Assembly (NCBI GenBank): GCA_965655095.1
Contig: OZ296649.1
Location: 129,642,001-129,706,000, forward strand
Source of the DNA: Haplodiscus bocki
Taxonomy: Eukaryota
Direction: 5' to 3'
Length of the DNA stretch: 64,000 bases
The position numbers were made by a program, and so were the translations under genes. The notes under the pieces were generated by a model, which had not been told where the DNA came from, ran no database searches, and saw nothing but the letters and a program-made list of their open reading frames with translations. Positions 23,801 through 38,800 of this stretch are shown piece by piece. The first letter of the stretch is position 1, and each line of letters opens with the position of its first letter.

Positions 23801-26800
23801 CAATTCAGGGATGACATCAGTATCAGGTTTTACGTTTCTTTGCAGATGAATTGATTGAAGATCGAATAATTTCAGGTTCTTGAAAAACTTTTGATATTAT
23901 GTGCCCAGAATATTTGACCCTAATTGTCAAGCAGGGTTTCCTGAAGTTAATACATGTTCACTGGGAAATTGTGGTAAACTCTTTCCTGAAACTTCTCAGG
24001 AGTTACTCCAGATTTAAGTTTCTTGCTAGATTGATCGAACGATGGGCAGAGATAAGCTTTTGAGAGTATCTTGATATGGGACACATAGAAAATGTGGTTT
24101 CTGTGACGCATTATTCGAACAGTTTGGAATGTTTGCCAACACTTTTCGTGGCTGGCTCTTCAGGATTTGCTCCATCCACAAAATCGACATTGCACAGGAA
24201 GATTTTCACGTAAACCAATTCTTCCTCTAGCGAAAAATCTTTCAAACAAACACCATCAAAGTTTGTTGGGTCAATTCATCCGGTTTTCTTCAGGAAGACC
24301 CTTAAGAGTTTTTAAATGTCAGTTTTCAGTCCGTAGAGTTGAAGAGCGAGAGTTCTAAACGGACAATTACTGTCTTTGTACAGTTCTTTGTAGTCTGTTT
24401 CTTGTAAATTAAACCACTGACAGACTTTTTATTCGTGAGGGATCTTCGCATCCTTTGAAAACGTCTTTGAGTAAAGCAACAAAATCTGATTGCGCTGAAT
24501 TCATAAAATGTAAGGGTTCTTTTGCTCCACAGTTGATTTACAAAAAGCCTCAAATTAATTCAATTGAGTAAGTTGGGTCTTTTCCGGGTTATTAAACTAT
24601 CCATATGGAAGATACTTTATTCTCCTAAACGTCCTGGAGGCTTTCAGGAATGAAGCTGTGCTGGCAGTTCTTCCGAAAAACTTCAATAGGTCTATTAGCT
24701 GAAAATCTCCGAAGTTGTTGGAGACAATTTGTTTCTTACTTTTTATTGCTACTGTTCAATCTCTCGATCGTTACCGTATATTAGGATCAGACAGCTCATC
24801 ATAAATTTGATGTCGTACGTCGCTCTTTCGAAACAAGAGACATGAAGCTTTTTGCCAAATCATTCTGAATGAATATGCAAACTGATATTGTGTAATAGTC
24901 TTTTGAGAAACATTGCGTCTTGTTGATGTTTTTCGATACACTTGTCTTCAAGATCCATTGATCATCGCAACAACGCTATTGTTTGAGAGCTCAAGAATAA
25001 AGATCGACCTTGTTCTTTTTACTGGTGTCGATCTCCTAGGTTGTCGATTTTTGTTGAGCTTCCCTTTGTGTATAGAAATTATTAGGATGATAAAACTAAT
25101 GAATCTACCAAAAACTTTGGATTTGAGTTGCCGAGAAAAATTGGAGCTTTCATCAAGTTGGAGGAGGTTGTTACAACGACTGGTTTGTGCTTACCAACTC
25201 AGGGATGACATCAGTATCAGGTTTTAGTTTTCTTTGCAGATGAATTGATTGAAGATCGAATAATTTCAGGTTCTTGAAAAACTTTTGATATTATGTGCCC
25301 AGAATATTTGACCCTAATTGTCAAGCAGGGTTTCCTGAAGTTAATACATGTTCACTGGGAAATTGTGGTAAACTCTTTCCTGAAACTTCTCAGGAGTTAC
25401 TCCAGATTTAAGTTTCTTGCTAGATTGATCGAACGATGGGCAGAGATAAGCTTTTGAGAGTATCTTGATATGGGACACATAGAAAATGTGGTTTCTGTGA
25501 CGCATTATTCGAACAGTTTGGAATGTTTGCCAACACTTTTCGTGGCTGGCTCTTCAGGATTTGCTCCATCCACAAAATCGACATTGCACGGGAAGATTTT
25601 CACATAAACCAATTCTTCCTCTACCGAAAAATCTTTCAAACAAACACCGTCAAAGTTTGTTGGGTCAGTTCATCCAGTTTTCTTCAGGAAGACCCTTAAG
25701 AGTTTTTAAATGTCAGATTTCAGTCCGTAGAGTTGAAGAGCGACAGTTCCAAACGGACAGTTACTGTCTTTGTACAATTCTTTGTAGTCTGTTTCTTGTA
25801 AATTAAACAACTGACAGACTTTTTATTCGTGAGGGATCTTCGCATCCTTTGAAAACGTCTTTGAGTAAAGCAACAAAATCTGATTGCGCTGAATTCATAA
25901 AATGTAAGGGTTCTTTTGCTCCACAGTTGATTTACAAAAAGCCTCAAATTAATTCAATTGAGTAAATTGGGTCTTTTCCGGGTTATTAAACTATCCATAT
26001 GGAAGATAATTTATTCTCCTAAACGTCCTGGAGGCTTTCAGGAATGAAGCTGTGCTGGAAGTTCTCCCGAAAATCTTCAATAGGTCTATTAGCTGAAAAT
26101 CTCCGAAAATGTTGGAGACAATTTGTTTCACATTTTTTCTTGCTACATTTCAATCTCTCGATCGTTACCGTATATTAGGATCAGACAGCTCGTCATAAAT
26201 TTGATGTCGTACGTCGCTCTTTCGAAACAAAAGACATGAAGCTTTTTGCCAATTCATTCTGAATGAATATGCAAACTGATATTGTGTAATAGTCTTTTGA
26301 GAAACATTGCGTCTTGTTGATGTTTTTCGATACACTTGTCTTCAAGATCCATTGGTCGTCGCAACGACGCTATTGTTTGAGACCTCATGAATAAAGATCG
26401 ACTGTGTTCTTTTTACTGGTCTCAATCCCCTAGGTTTTAAATTTTTGCTGAGCTTCCCTTTGTGTAAAGAAATTATTATGAACATAAACTCATGTATCTA
26501 GCAAAGCCTTTGGATTTGAGTTGCCGAGAAAAATTGGAGCTTTTATCAAGTTGGCGGAGGTTGTTACAACGACTGGTTTGTGTTTACCAACTCAGGGATG
26601 ACATCAGTATCAGGTTTTACTTTTCTTTGCAGATGAATTGATTGAAGATCGAATAAATTCAGGTTCTTGAAAAACTTTTGATATTATGTGCCCAGAATAT
26701 TTGACCCTAATTGTCAAGCAGGGTTTCCTGAAGTTAATACATGTTCACTGGGAAATTGTGGTAAACTCTTTCCTGAAACTTCTCAGGAGTTACTCCAGAT

Positions 26801-29800
26801 TTAAGTTTCTTGCTAGATTGATCGAACGATGGGCAGAGATAAGCTTTTGAGAGTATCTTGATATGGGACACATAGAAAATGTGGTTTCTGTGACGCATTA
26901 TTCGAACAGTTTGGAATGTTTGCCAACACTTTTAGTGGCTGGCTCTTCAGGATTTGCTCCATCCACAAAATCGACATTGCACGGGAAGATTTTCACATAA
27001 ACCAATTCTTCCTCTACCGAAAAATCTTTCAAACAAACACCGTCAAAGTTTGTTGGGTGAGTTCATCCGGTTTTCTTCAGGAAGACCCTTAAGAGTTTTT
27101 AAATGTCAGATTTCAGTCCGTAGAGTTGAAGAGCGAGAGTTCCAAACGGACAATTACTGTCTTTGTACAATTCTTTGTAGTCTGTTTCTTGTAAATTAAA
27201 CAACTGCTAGACTTTTTATTCGTGAGGGATCTTCGCATCCCTTGAAAACGTCTTTGAGTAAAGCAACAAAATCTGATTGCGCTGAATTCATAAAATGTAA
27301 GGGTTCTTTTGCTCCACAGTTGATTTACAAGAAGCCTCAAATTAATTCAATTGAGTAAGTTGGGCCTTTTCCGGGTTATTAAACTATCCATATGGAAGAT
27401 ACTTTATTCTCCTAAACGTCCTGGAGGCTTTCAGGAATGAAGCTGTGCTGGAAGTTCTCCCGAAAAACTTCAATAGGTCTATTAGCTGAAAATCTCCGAA
27501 AATGTTGGAGACAATTTGTTTCACATTTTTTCTTGCTACATTTCAATCTCTCGATCGTTACCGTATATTAGGATCAGACAGCTCGTCATAAATTTGATGT
27601 CGTACGTCGCTCTTTCGAAACAAAAGACATGAAGCTTTTTGCCAATTCATTCTGAATGAATATGCAAACTGATATTGTGTAATAGTCTTTTGAGAAACAT
27701 TGCGTCTTGTTGATGTTTTTCGATACACTTGTCTTCAAGATCCATTGATCGTAGCAACAACAATATTGATTGAGAGATCATGAAAAAAGACCAACTTTGT
27801 TGTTTTTACTGGTCTCAATCTCCAAGGTTTTAAATTTTTGCTGAGCTTCCCTTTGTGTAAAGAAATTATTATGAACATAAACTCATGAATCTAGCAAAGC
27901 CTTTGGATTTGAGTTGCCGAGAAAAATTGGAGCTTTTATCAAGTTGGCGGAGGCTGTTACAACGACTGGTTTGTGCTTACCAATTCAGGGATGACATCAG
28001 TATCAGGTTTTACGTTTCTTTGCAGATGAATTGATTGAAGATCGAATAATTTCAGGTTCTTGAAAAACTTTTGATATTATGTGCCCAGAATATTTGACCC
28101 TAATTGTCAAGCAGGGTTTCCTGAAGTTAATACATGTTCACTGGGAAATTGTGGTAAACTCTTTCCTGAAACTTCTCAGGAGTTACTCCAGATTTAAGTT
28201 TCTTGCTAGATTGATCGAACGATGGGCAGAGATAAGCTTTTGAGAGTATCTTGATATGGGACACATAGAAAATGTGGTTTCTGTGACGCATTATTCGAAC
28301 AGTTTGGAATGTTTGCCAACACTTTTCGTGGCTGGCTCTTCAGGATTTGCTCCATCCACAAAATCGACATTGCACAGGAAGATTTTCACGTAAACCAATT
28401 CTTCCTCTAGCGAAAAATCTTTCAAACAAACACCATCAAAGTTTGTTGGGTCAATTCATCCGGTTTTCTTCAGGAAGACCCTTAAGAGTTTTTAAATGTC
28501 AGTTTTCAGTCCGTAGAGTTGAAGAGCGAGAGTTCTAAACGGACAATTACTGTCTTTGTACAGTTCTTTGTAGTCTGTTTCTTGTAAATTAAACCACTGA
28601 CAGACTTTTTATTCGTGAGGGATCTTCGCATCCTTTGAAAACGTCTTTGAGTAAAGCAACAAAATCTGATTGCGCTGAATTCATAAAATGTAAGGGTTCT
28701 TTTGCTCCACAGTTGATTTACAAAAAGCCTCAAATTAATTCAATTGAGTAAATTGGGTCTTTTCCGGGTTATTAAACTATCCATATGGAAGATAATTTAT
28801 TCTCCTAAACGTCCTGGAGGCTTTCAGGAATGAAGCTGTGCTGGAAGTTCTCCCGAAAATCTTCAATAGGTCTATTAGCTGAAAATCTCCGAAAATGTTG
28901 GAGACAATTTGTTTCACATTTTTTCTTGCTACATTTCAATCTCTCGATCGTTACCGTATATTAGGATCAGACAGCTCGTCATAAATTTGATGTCGTACGT
29001 CGCTCTTTCGAAACAAAAGACATGAAGCTTTTTGCCAATTCATTCTGAATGAATATGCAAACTGATATTGTGTAATAGTCTTTTGAGAAACATTGCGTCT
29101 TGTTGATGTTTTTCGATACACTTGTCTTCAAGATCCATTGGTCGTCGCAACGACGCTATTGTTTGAGACCTCATGAATAAAGATCGACTGTGTTCTTTTT
29201 ACTGGTCTCAATCCCCTAGGTTTTAAATTTTTGCTGAGCTTCCCTTTGTGTAAAGAAATTATTATGAACATAAACTCATGTATCTAGCAAAGCCTTTGGA
29301 TTTGAGTTGCCGAGAAAAATTGGAGCTTTTATCAAGTTGGCGGAGGTTGTTACAACGACTGGTTTGTGTTTACCAACTCAGGGATGACATCAGTATCAGG
29401 TTTTACTTTTCTTTGCAGATGAATTGATTGAAGATCGAATAAATTCAGGTTCTTGAAAAACTTTTGATATTATGTGCCCAGAATATTTGACCCTAATTGT
29501 CAAGCAGGGTTTCCTGAAGTTAATACATGTTCACTGGGAAATTGTGGTAAACTCTTTCCTGAAACTTCTCAGGAGTTACTCCAGATTTAAGTTTCTTGCT
29601 AGATTGATCGAACGATGGGCAGAGATAAGCTTTTGAGAGTATCTTGATATGGGACACATAGAAAATGTGGTTTCTGTGACGCATTATTCGAACAGTTTGG
29701 AATGTTTGCCAACACTTTTAGTGGCTGGCTCTTCAGGATTTGCTCCATCCACAAAATCGACATTGCACGGGAAGATTTTCACATAAACCAATTCTTCCTC

Positions 29801-32800
29801 TACCGAAAAATCTTTCAAACAAACACCGTCAAAGTTTGTTGGGTGAGTTCATCCGGTTTTCTTCAGGAAGACCCTTAAGAGTTTTTAAATGTCAGATTTC
29901 AGTCCGTAGAGTTGAAGAGCGAGAGTTCCAAACGGACAATTACTGTCTTTGTACAATTCTTTGTAGTCTGTTTCTTGTAAATTAAACAACTGCTAGACTT
30001 TTTATTCGTGAGGGATCTTCGCATCCCTTGAAAACGTCTTTGAGTAAAGCAACAAAATCTGATTGCGCTGAATTCATAAAATGTAAGGGTTCTTTTGCTC
30101 CACAGTTGATTTACAAGAAGCCTCAAATTAATTCAATTGAGTAAGTTGGGCCTTTTCCGGGTTATTAAACTATCCATATGGAAGATACTTTATTCTCCTA
30201 AACGTCCTGGAGGCTTTCAGGAATGAAGCTGTGCTGGAAGTTCTTCCGAAAAACTTCAATAGGTCTATTAGCTGAAAATCTCCGAAAATGTTGGAGACAA
30301 TTTGTTTCACATTTTTTATCGCTACTGTTCAATCTCTCGATCGTTACCGTATATTAGGATCAGACAGCTCATCATAAATTTGATGTCGTACGTCGCTCTT
30401 TCGAAACAAAAGACATGAAGCTTTTTGCCAAATCATTCTGAATGAATATGCAAACTGATATTGTGTAATAGTCTTTTGAGAAACATTGCGTCTTGTTGAT
30501 GTTTTTCGATACACTTGTCTTCAAGATCCATTGATCGTCGCAACAACGCTATTGTTTGAGAGCTCAAGAATAAAGATCGACCTTGTTCTTTTTACTGGTC
30601 TCAATCTCCTAGGTTGTCGATTTTTGTTGAGCTTCCCTTTGTGTATAGAAATTACTAGGATGATAAAACTAATGAATCTACCAAAAACTTTGGATTTGAG
30701 TTGCCGAGAAAAATTGGAGCTTTCATCAAGTTGGAGGAGGTTGTTACAACTACTGGTTTGTGCTTACCAATTCAGGGATGACGTCAAAGTCAGGTTTTTT
30801 TTTCTTTGCAGATGAATTGATTCAAGATCGAATAATTTCAAGTTCTTGAAAAACATTTGATATTATGTGCACAGAATATTCGATCCTATTTGTCAAGCAG
30901 GGTTTCTTGTAGTTTATACACGTTCACTGGGATATTGTGGTAAACTCTTTCCTGAAAAATTTCAGGTGTTGCTCCAGATTTAGCTTTTTGCTAAAGTGAT
31001 TGCACGATGGCTAGCGATAAGCTTTTGAGAGTACATTGATATGGGACACATAGATAATGTGGTTTGTGTAACGCATTATTCGAACAGTTTGGAAAGTTTG
31101 CCAACACTTTTCGTGGCTGGCTCTTCAGGATTTGCTCCATCCACAAAGTTGACGTCGCACAGGAAGATGTTCACATGAACCAATTCTTCCACTATCAAAA
31201 GTTTTTTCAAACTAACACGGTCAAAGATTGTTGGGTCAGTTCATCCGGTTTTCTTCAGGAGGATCCTTAAGAGTTTTGAATTTTCAGATTTCAGTCCGTA
31301 GAATTGAAGAGCGAGAGTTCCAAACGGACAATTACTGTCTTTGTACAATTCTTTGTAGTCTGTTTCTTGTAAATTAAACAACTGCTAGACTTTTTATTCG
31401 TGAGGGATCTTCGCATCCCTTGAAAACGACTTTGAGTAAAGCAACAAAATCTGATTGCGCTGAATTCATAAAATGTAAGGGTTCTTTTGCTCCACAGTTG
31501 ATTTACAAAAAGCCTCAAATTAATTCAATTGAGTAAGTTGGGCCTTTTCCGGGTTATTAAACTATCCATATGGAAGATACTTTATTCTCCTAAACGTCCT
31601 GGAGGCTTTCAGGAATGAAGCTGTGCTGGAAGTTCTTCCGAAAAACTTCAATAGGTCTATTAGCCAAAAATCTCCGAATTTGACGGAGACATTTTGTTTC
31701 ACATTTTTTATCGCTACTGTTCAATCTCTCGATCGTTACCGTATATTAGGATCAGACAGCTCATCATAAATTTGATGTCGTACTTCGCTCTTTCGAAACA
31801 AAAGACATGAAGTTTTTTGCCAAATCTTTCTGAATGAATATGCAAACTGATATGGTGCAATAATCTTTTCAGAAACACTGGGTTTTGTTGATGTTCTTCG
31901 ATACACTTGTCTTCAAGGTCCGTTGATCGTAGCAACAACAATATTGATTGAAAGATCATGAAAAAAGATCAACTTTGTTCTTTTTACTGGTCTCAATCTC
32001 CTAGGTTTTAAATTTTTGCTGAGCTTCCCTTTGTGTAAAGAAATTATTATGAACATAAACTCATGAATCTAGCAAAGCCTTTGGATTTGAGTTGCCGAGA
32101 AAAATTGGAGCTTTTATCAAGTTGGCGGAGGTTGTTACAACGACTGGTTTGTGTTTACCAATTCAGGGATGACATCAGTATCAGGTTTTACTTTTCATTG
32201 CAGATGAATTGATTGAAGATCGAATAAATTCAGGTTCTTGAAAAACTTTTGATAATATGTGCCCAGAATATTTGACCCTAATTGTCAAGCAGGGTTTCCT
32301 GAAGTTAATACATGTTCACTGGGAAATTGTGGTAAACTCTTTCCTGAAACTTCTCAGGAGTTACTCCAGATTTAAGTTTCTTGCTAGATTGATCGAACGA
32401 TGGGCAGAGATAAGCTTTTGAGAGTATCTTGATATGGGACACATAGAAAATGTGGTTTCTGTGACGCATTATTCGAACAGTTTGGAATGTTTGCCAACAC
32501 TTTTCGTGGCTGGCTCTTCAGGATTTGCTCCATCCACAAAATCGACATTGCACAGGAAGATTTTCACGTAAACCAATTCTTCCTCTACCGAAAAATCTTT
32601 CAAACAAACACCATCAAAGTTTGTTGGGTCAGTTCATCCGGTTTTCTTCAGGAAGACCCTTAAGAGTTTTTAAGTGTCAGTTTTCAGTCCGTAGAGTTGA
32701 AGAGCGAGAGTTCCAAACGGACAATTACTGTCTTTGTACAGTTCTTTGTAGTCTGTTTCTTGTAAATTAAACAACTGACAGACTTTTTATTCGTGAGGGA

Positions 32801-35800
32801 TCTTCTCATCCTTTGAAAACGTCTTTGAGTAAAGCAACAAAATCTGATTGCGCTGAATTCATAAAATGTAAGGGTTCTTTTGCTCCACAGTTGATTTACA
32901 AAAAGCCTCAAATTAATTCAATTGAGTAAGTTGGGTCTTTTCCGGGTTATTAAACTATCCATATGGAAGATACTTTATTCTCCTAAACGTCCTGGAGGCT
33001 TTCAGGAATGAAGCTGTGCTGGCAGTTCTTCCGAAAAACTTCAATAGGTCTATTAACTGAAAATCTCCGAAGTTGTTGGAGACAATTTGTTTCTTACTTT
33101 TTATTGCTACTGTTCAATCTCTCGATCGTTACCGTATATTAGGATCAGACAGCTCATCATAAATTTGATGTCGTACGTCGCTCTTTCGAAACAAAAGACA
33201 TGAAGCTTTTTGTCAAATCATTCTGAATGAATATGCAAACTGATATTGTGTAATAGTCTTTTGAGAAACATTGCGTCTTGTTGATGTTTTTCGATACACT
33301 TGTCTTCAAGATCCATTGGTCGTCGCAACAACGCTATTGTTTGAGAGCTCATGAATAAAGATCGACTTTGTTCTTTTTACTGGTCTCAATCTCCTAGGTT
33401 TTAAATTTTTGCTGAGCTTCCCTTTGTGTAAAAAATTTTTATGAACATAAACTCATGAATCTAGCAAAGCCTTTGGATTTGAGTTGCCGAGAAAAATTGG
33501 AGCTTTCATCAAGTTGGAGGAGGTTGTTACAACGACTGGTTTGTGCTTACCAACTCAGGGATGACATCAGTATCAGGTTTTACTTTTCTTTGCAGATGAA
33601 TTGATTGAAGATCGAATAATTTCAGGTTCTTGAAAAACTTTTGATATTATGTGCCCAGAATATTTGACCCTAATTGTCAAGCAGGGTTTCCTGAAGTTAA
33701 TACATGTTCACTGGGAAATTGTGGTAAACTCTTTCCTGAAACTTCTGAGGAGTTACTCCAGATTTAAGTTTCTTGCTAGATTGATCGAACGATGGGCAGA
33801 GATAAGCTTTTGAGAGTATCTTGATATGGGACACATAGAAAATGTGGTTTCTGTGACGCATTATTCGAACAGTTTGGAATGTTTGCCAACACTTTTCGTG
33901 GCTGGCTCTCCAGGATTTGCTCCATCCACAAAATCGACATTGCACAGGAAGATTTTCACGTAAACCAATTCTTCCTCTACCGAAAAATCCTTCAAACAAA
34001 CACCATCAAAGTTTGTTGGGTCAGTTCATCCGGTTTTCTTCAGGAAGACCCTTAAGAGTTTTTAAGTGTCAGTTTTCAGTCCGTAGAGTTGAAGAGCGAG
34101 AGTTCCAAACGGACAATTACTGTCTTTGTACAGTTCTTTGTAGTCTGTTTCTTGTAAATTAAACAACTGACAGACTTTTTATTCGTGAGGGATCTTCTCA
34201 TCCTTTGAAAACGTCTTTGAGTAAAGCAACAAAATCTGATTGCGCTGAATTCATAAAATGTAAGGGTTCTTTTGCTCCACAGTTGATTTACAAAAAGCCT
34301 CAAATTAATTCAATTGAGTAAGTTGGGTCTTTTCCGGGTTATTAAACTATCCATATGGAAGATACTTTATTCTCCTAAACGTCCTGGAGGCTTTCAGGAA
34401 TGAAGCTGTGCTGGAAGTTCTTCCGAAAAACTTCAATAGGTCTATTAGCTGAAAAACTCCGAAAATGTTGGAGACAATTTGTTTCACATTTTTTATTGCT
34501 ACATTTGAATCTCTCGATCGTTACCGTATATTAGGATCAGACAGCTCGTCATAAATTTGATAACGTACGTCGCTCTTTCGAAACAAAAGACATGAAGCTT
34601 TTTGCCAAATCATTTTGAATGAATATGCAAACTGATATTGTGTAATAGTCTTTTGAGAAACATTGCGTCTTGTTGACGTTTTTCGATACACTTGTCTTCA
34701 AGATCCATTGGTCGTCGCAACAACGCTTTTGTTTGAGAGCTCATGAATAAAGATCGACTTTGTTCTTTCTACTGGTGTCGATCTCCTAGGTTGTCGATTT
34801 TTGTTGAGCTTCGCTTTGTGTATAGAAATTATTAAGATGATAAAACTAATGAATCTACCGAAAACTTTGGATTTGAGTTGCCGAGAAAAAATGCAGCTTT
34901 CATCAAGTTGCAGGAGGTTGTTACAACGAATGGTTTGTGCTTACCAAGTCAGGGATGACATCAGTACCTGTTTTTCTTTTCTTTGCAGATGAATTGATTC
35001 AAGATCGAATAATTTCAAGTTCTTGAAAAACATTTGATATTATGTGCACAGAATATTCGATCCTATTTGTCAAGCAGGGTTTCTTGTAGTTTATACACGT
35101 TCACTGGGAAATTGTGGTAAACTCTTTCCTGAAAAATTTCAGGTGTTGCTAAAGATTTAGCTTTTTTGCTAAATTGATTGCACGATGGCTAGCGATAAGC
35201 TTTTGAGAGTACATTGATATGGGACACATAGATAATGTGGTTTGTGTAACGCATTATTCGAACAGTTTGGAAAGTTTGCCAACACTTTTCGTGGCTGGCT
35301 CTTCAGGATTTGCTCCATCCACAAAGTTGACGTCGCACAGGAAGATGTTCACATGAACCAATTCTTCCACTATCAAAAGTTTTTTCAAACTAACACGGTC
35401 AAAGATTGTTGGGTCAGTTCATCCGGTTTTCTTCAGGAGGATCCTTAAGAGTTTTGAATTTTCAGATTTCAGTCCGTAGAATTGAAGAGCGAGAGTTCCA
35501 AACGGACATTTTCTGTCTTTGTACAGTTTTTTATTGTCTGTTTTTGTGAAATAAACGTTTGACAGACTGGTTATTGGTGAGGCATCTTGGCATCCTTTGA
35601 ACACGTCTTTGAGTTAAGCAACAAAATCTGATAGCAGTGAGCTCATGAAGTATAAGGGGTTTCTGGTTCCACAGTTGATTTAGAAAAAGCCTCAACTTGT
35701 TTCAATTGAGTGATTTTGGCCACTTCCGTGTCATTAAACTATCCATATCGGAAATTTTTTACCCTCTTAAACGTCCTGGAGGCTTTCAGGAATGAAGCTA

Positions 35801-38800
35801 TGCTGACAGTTCTTCCAAGAAAATTCAGTAGGTCTATTAGCCAAAAATCTCCGAATTTGACGGAGACATTTTGTTTCACATTTTTTATCGCTACTGTTCA
35901 ATCTCTCGATCGTTACCGTATATTAGGATCAGACAGCTCATCATAAACTTGATGTCGTACTTCGCTCTTTCGAAACAAAAGACATGAAGCTTTTTGCCAA
36001 ATCTTTCTGAATGAATATGCAAACTGATATGGTGCAATAATCTTTTCAGAAACACTGGGTTTTGTTGATGTTCTTCGATACACTTGTCTTCAAGGTCCGT
36101 TGATCGTAGCAACAACAATATTGATTGAGAGATCATGAAAAAAGATCAACTTTGTTCTTTTTACTGGTCTCAATCTCCTAGGTTTTAAATTTTTGCTGAG
36201 CTTCCCTTTGTGTAAAAAATTATTATGAACATAAACTCATGAATCTAGCAAAGCCTTTGGATTTGAGTTGCCGAGAAAAATTGGAGCTTTCATCAAGTTG
36301 GAGGAGGTTGTTACAACGACTGGTTTGTGCTTACCAACTCAGGGATGACATCAGTATCAGGTTTTACTTTTCTTTGCAGATGAATTGATTGAAGATCGAA
36401 TATTTTCAGGTTCTTGAAAAACTTTTGATATTATGTGCCCAGAATATTTGACCCTAATTGTCAAGCAGGGTTTCCTGAAGTTAATACATGTTCACTGGGA
36501 AATTGTGGTAAACTCTTTCCTGAAACTTCTCAGGAGTTACTCCAGATTTAAGTTTCTTGCTAGATTGATCGAACGATGGGCAGAGATAAGCTTTTGAGAG
36601 TATCCTGATATGGGACACATAGAAAATGTGGTTTCTGTGACGCATTATTCGAACAGTTTGGAATGTTTGCCAACACTTTTCGTGGCTGGCTCTTCAGGAT
36701 TTGCTCCATCCACAAAATCGACATTGCACAGGAAGATTTTCACGTAAACCAATTCTTCCTCTACCGAAAAATCTTTCAAACAAACACCATCAAAGTTTGT
36801 TGGGTCAGTTCATCCGGTTTTCTTCAGGAAGACCCTTAAGAGTTTTTAAGTGTCAGTTTTCAGTCCGTAGAGTTGAAGAGCGAGAGTTCCAAACGGACAA
36901 TTACTGTCTTTGTACAGTTCTTTGTAGTCTGTTTCTTGTAAATTAAACAACTGACAGACTTTTTATTCGTGAGGGATCTTCTCATCCTTTGAAAACGTCT
37001 TTGAGTAAAGCAACAAAATCTGATTGCGCTGAATTCATAAAATGTAAGGGTTCTTTTGCTCCACAGTTGATTTACAAAAAGCCTCAAATTAATTCAATTG
37101 AGTAAGTTGGGTCTTTTCCGGGTTATTAAACTATCCATATGGAAGATACTTTATTCTCCTAAACGTCCTGGAGGCTTTCAGGAATGAAGCTGTGCTGGCA
37201 GTTCTTCCGAAAAACTTCAATAGGTCTATTAACTGAAAATCTCCGAAGTTGTTGGAGACAATTTGTTTCTTACTTTTTATTGCTACTGTTCAATCTCTCG
37301 ATCGTTACCGTATATTAGGATCAGACAGCTCATCATAAATTTGATGTCGTACGTCGTTCTTTCGAAACAAAAGACATGAATTTTTTTGCCAAATCATTCT
37401 GAATGAATATGCAAACTGATATTGTGTAATAGTCTTTTGAGAAACATTGCGTCTTGTTGATGTTTTTCGATACACTTGTCTTCAAGATCCATTGGTCGTC
37501 GCAACAACGCTATTGTTTGAGAGCTCATGAATAAAGATCGACTTTGTTCCTTTTACTGGTCTCAATCTCCTAGGTTTTAATTTTTTGCTGAGCTTCCCTT
37601 TGTGTAAAGAAATTATTATGAACATAAACTCATGAATCTAGCAAAGCCTTTGGATTTGAGTTGCCGAGAAAAATTGGAGCTGTCATCAAGTTGGAGGAGG
37701 TTGTTACAACGACTGGTTTGTGCTTACCAACTCAGGGATTGCATCAGTATCAGGTTTTACTTTTCTTTGCAGATGAATTGATTGAAGATCGAATAATTTC
37801 AGGTTCTTGAAAAACTTTTGATATTATGTGCCCAGAATATTTGACCCTAATTGTCAAGCAGGGTTTCCTGAAGTTAATACAGGTTCACTGGGAAATTGTG
37901 GTAAACTCTTTCCTGAAACTTCTCAGGAGTTACTCCAGATTTAAGTTCCTTGCTAGATTGATCGAACGATGGGCAGAGATAAGCTTTTGAGAGTATCTTG
38001 ATATGGGACACATAGAAAATGTGGTTTCTGTGACGCATTATTCGAACGGTTTGGAATGTTTGCCAACACTTTTCGTGGCTGGCTCTTCAGGATTTGCTCC
38101 ATCCACAAAATCGACATTGCACAGGAAGATTTTCACATAAACCAATTCTTCCTCTACCAAAAAATCTTTCAAACAAACACCGTCAAAGTTTGTTGGGTCA
38201 GTTCATCCGGTTTTCTTCAGGAAGACCCTTAAGAGTTTTTAAATGTCAGATTGCAGTCCGTAGAGTTGAAGAGCGAGAGTTCCAAACGGACAATTACTGT
38301 CTTTGTACAATTCTTTGTAGTCTGTTTCTTGTAAATTAAACAACTGCTAGACTTTTTATTCGTGAGGGATCTTCGCATCCCTTGAAAACGTCTTTGAGTA
38401 AAGCAACAAAATCTGATTGCGCTGAATTCATAAAATGTAAGGGTTCTTTTGCTCCACAGTTGATTTACAAAAAGCCTCAAATTAATTCAATTGAGTAAGT
38501 TGGGTCTTTTCCGGGTTTTTAAACTATCCACATGGAAGATACTTTGTTCTCCTAAACGTCCTGGAGGCTTTCAGGAATGAAGCTGTGCTGGAAGGTCTTC
38601 CGAAAAACTTCAATAGGTCTATTAGCTGAAAATCTCCGAAAATGTTGGAGACAATTTGTTTCACCTTTTTTATTGCTACTGTTCAATCTCTCGATCGTTA
38701 CCGTATATTAGGATCAGACAGCTCGTCATAAATTTGATGTCGTACGTCGCTCTTTCGAAACAAAAGACATGAAGCTTTTTGCCAAATCATTCTGAATGAA

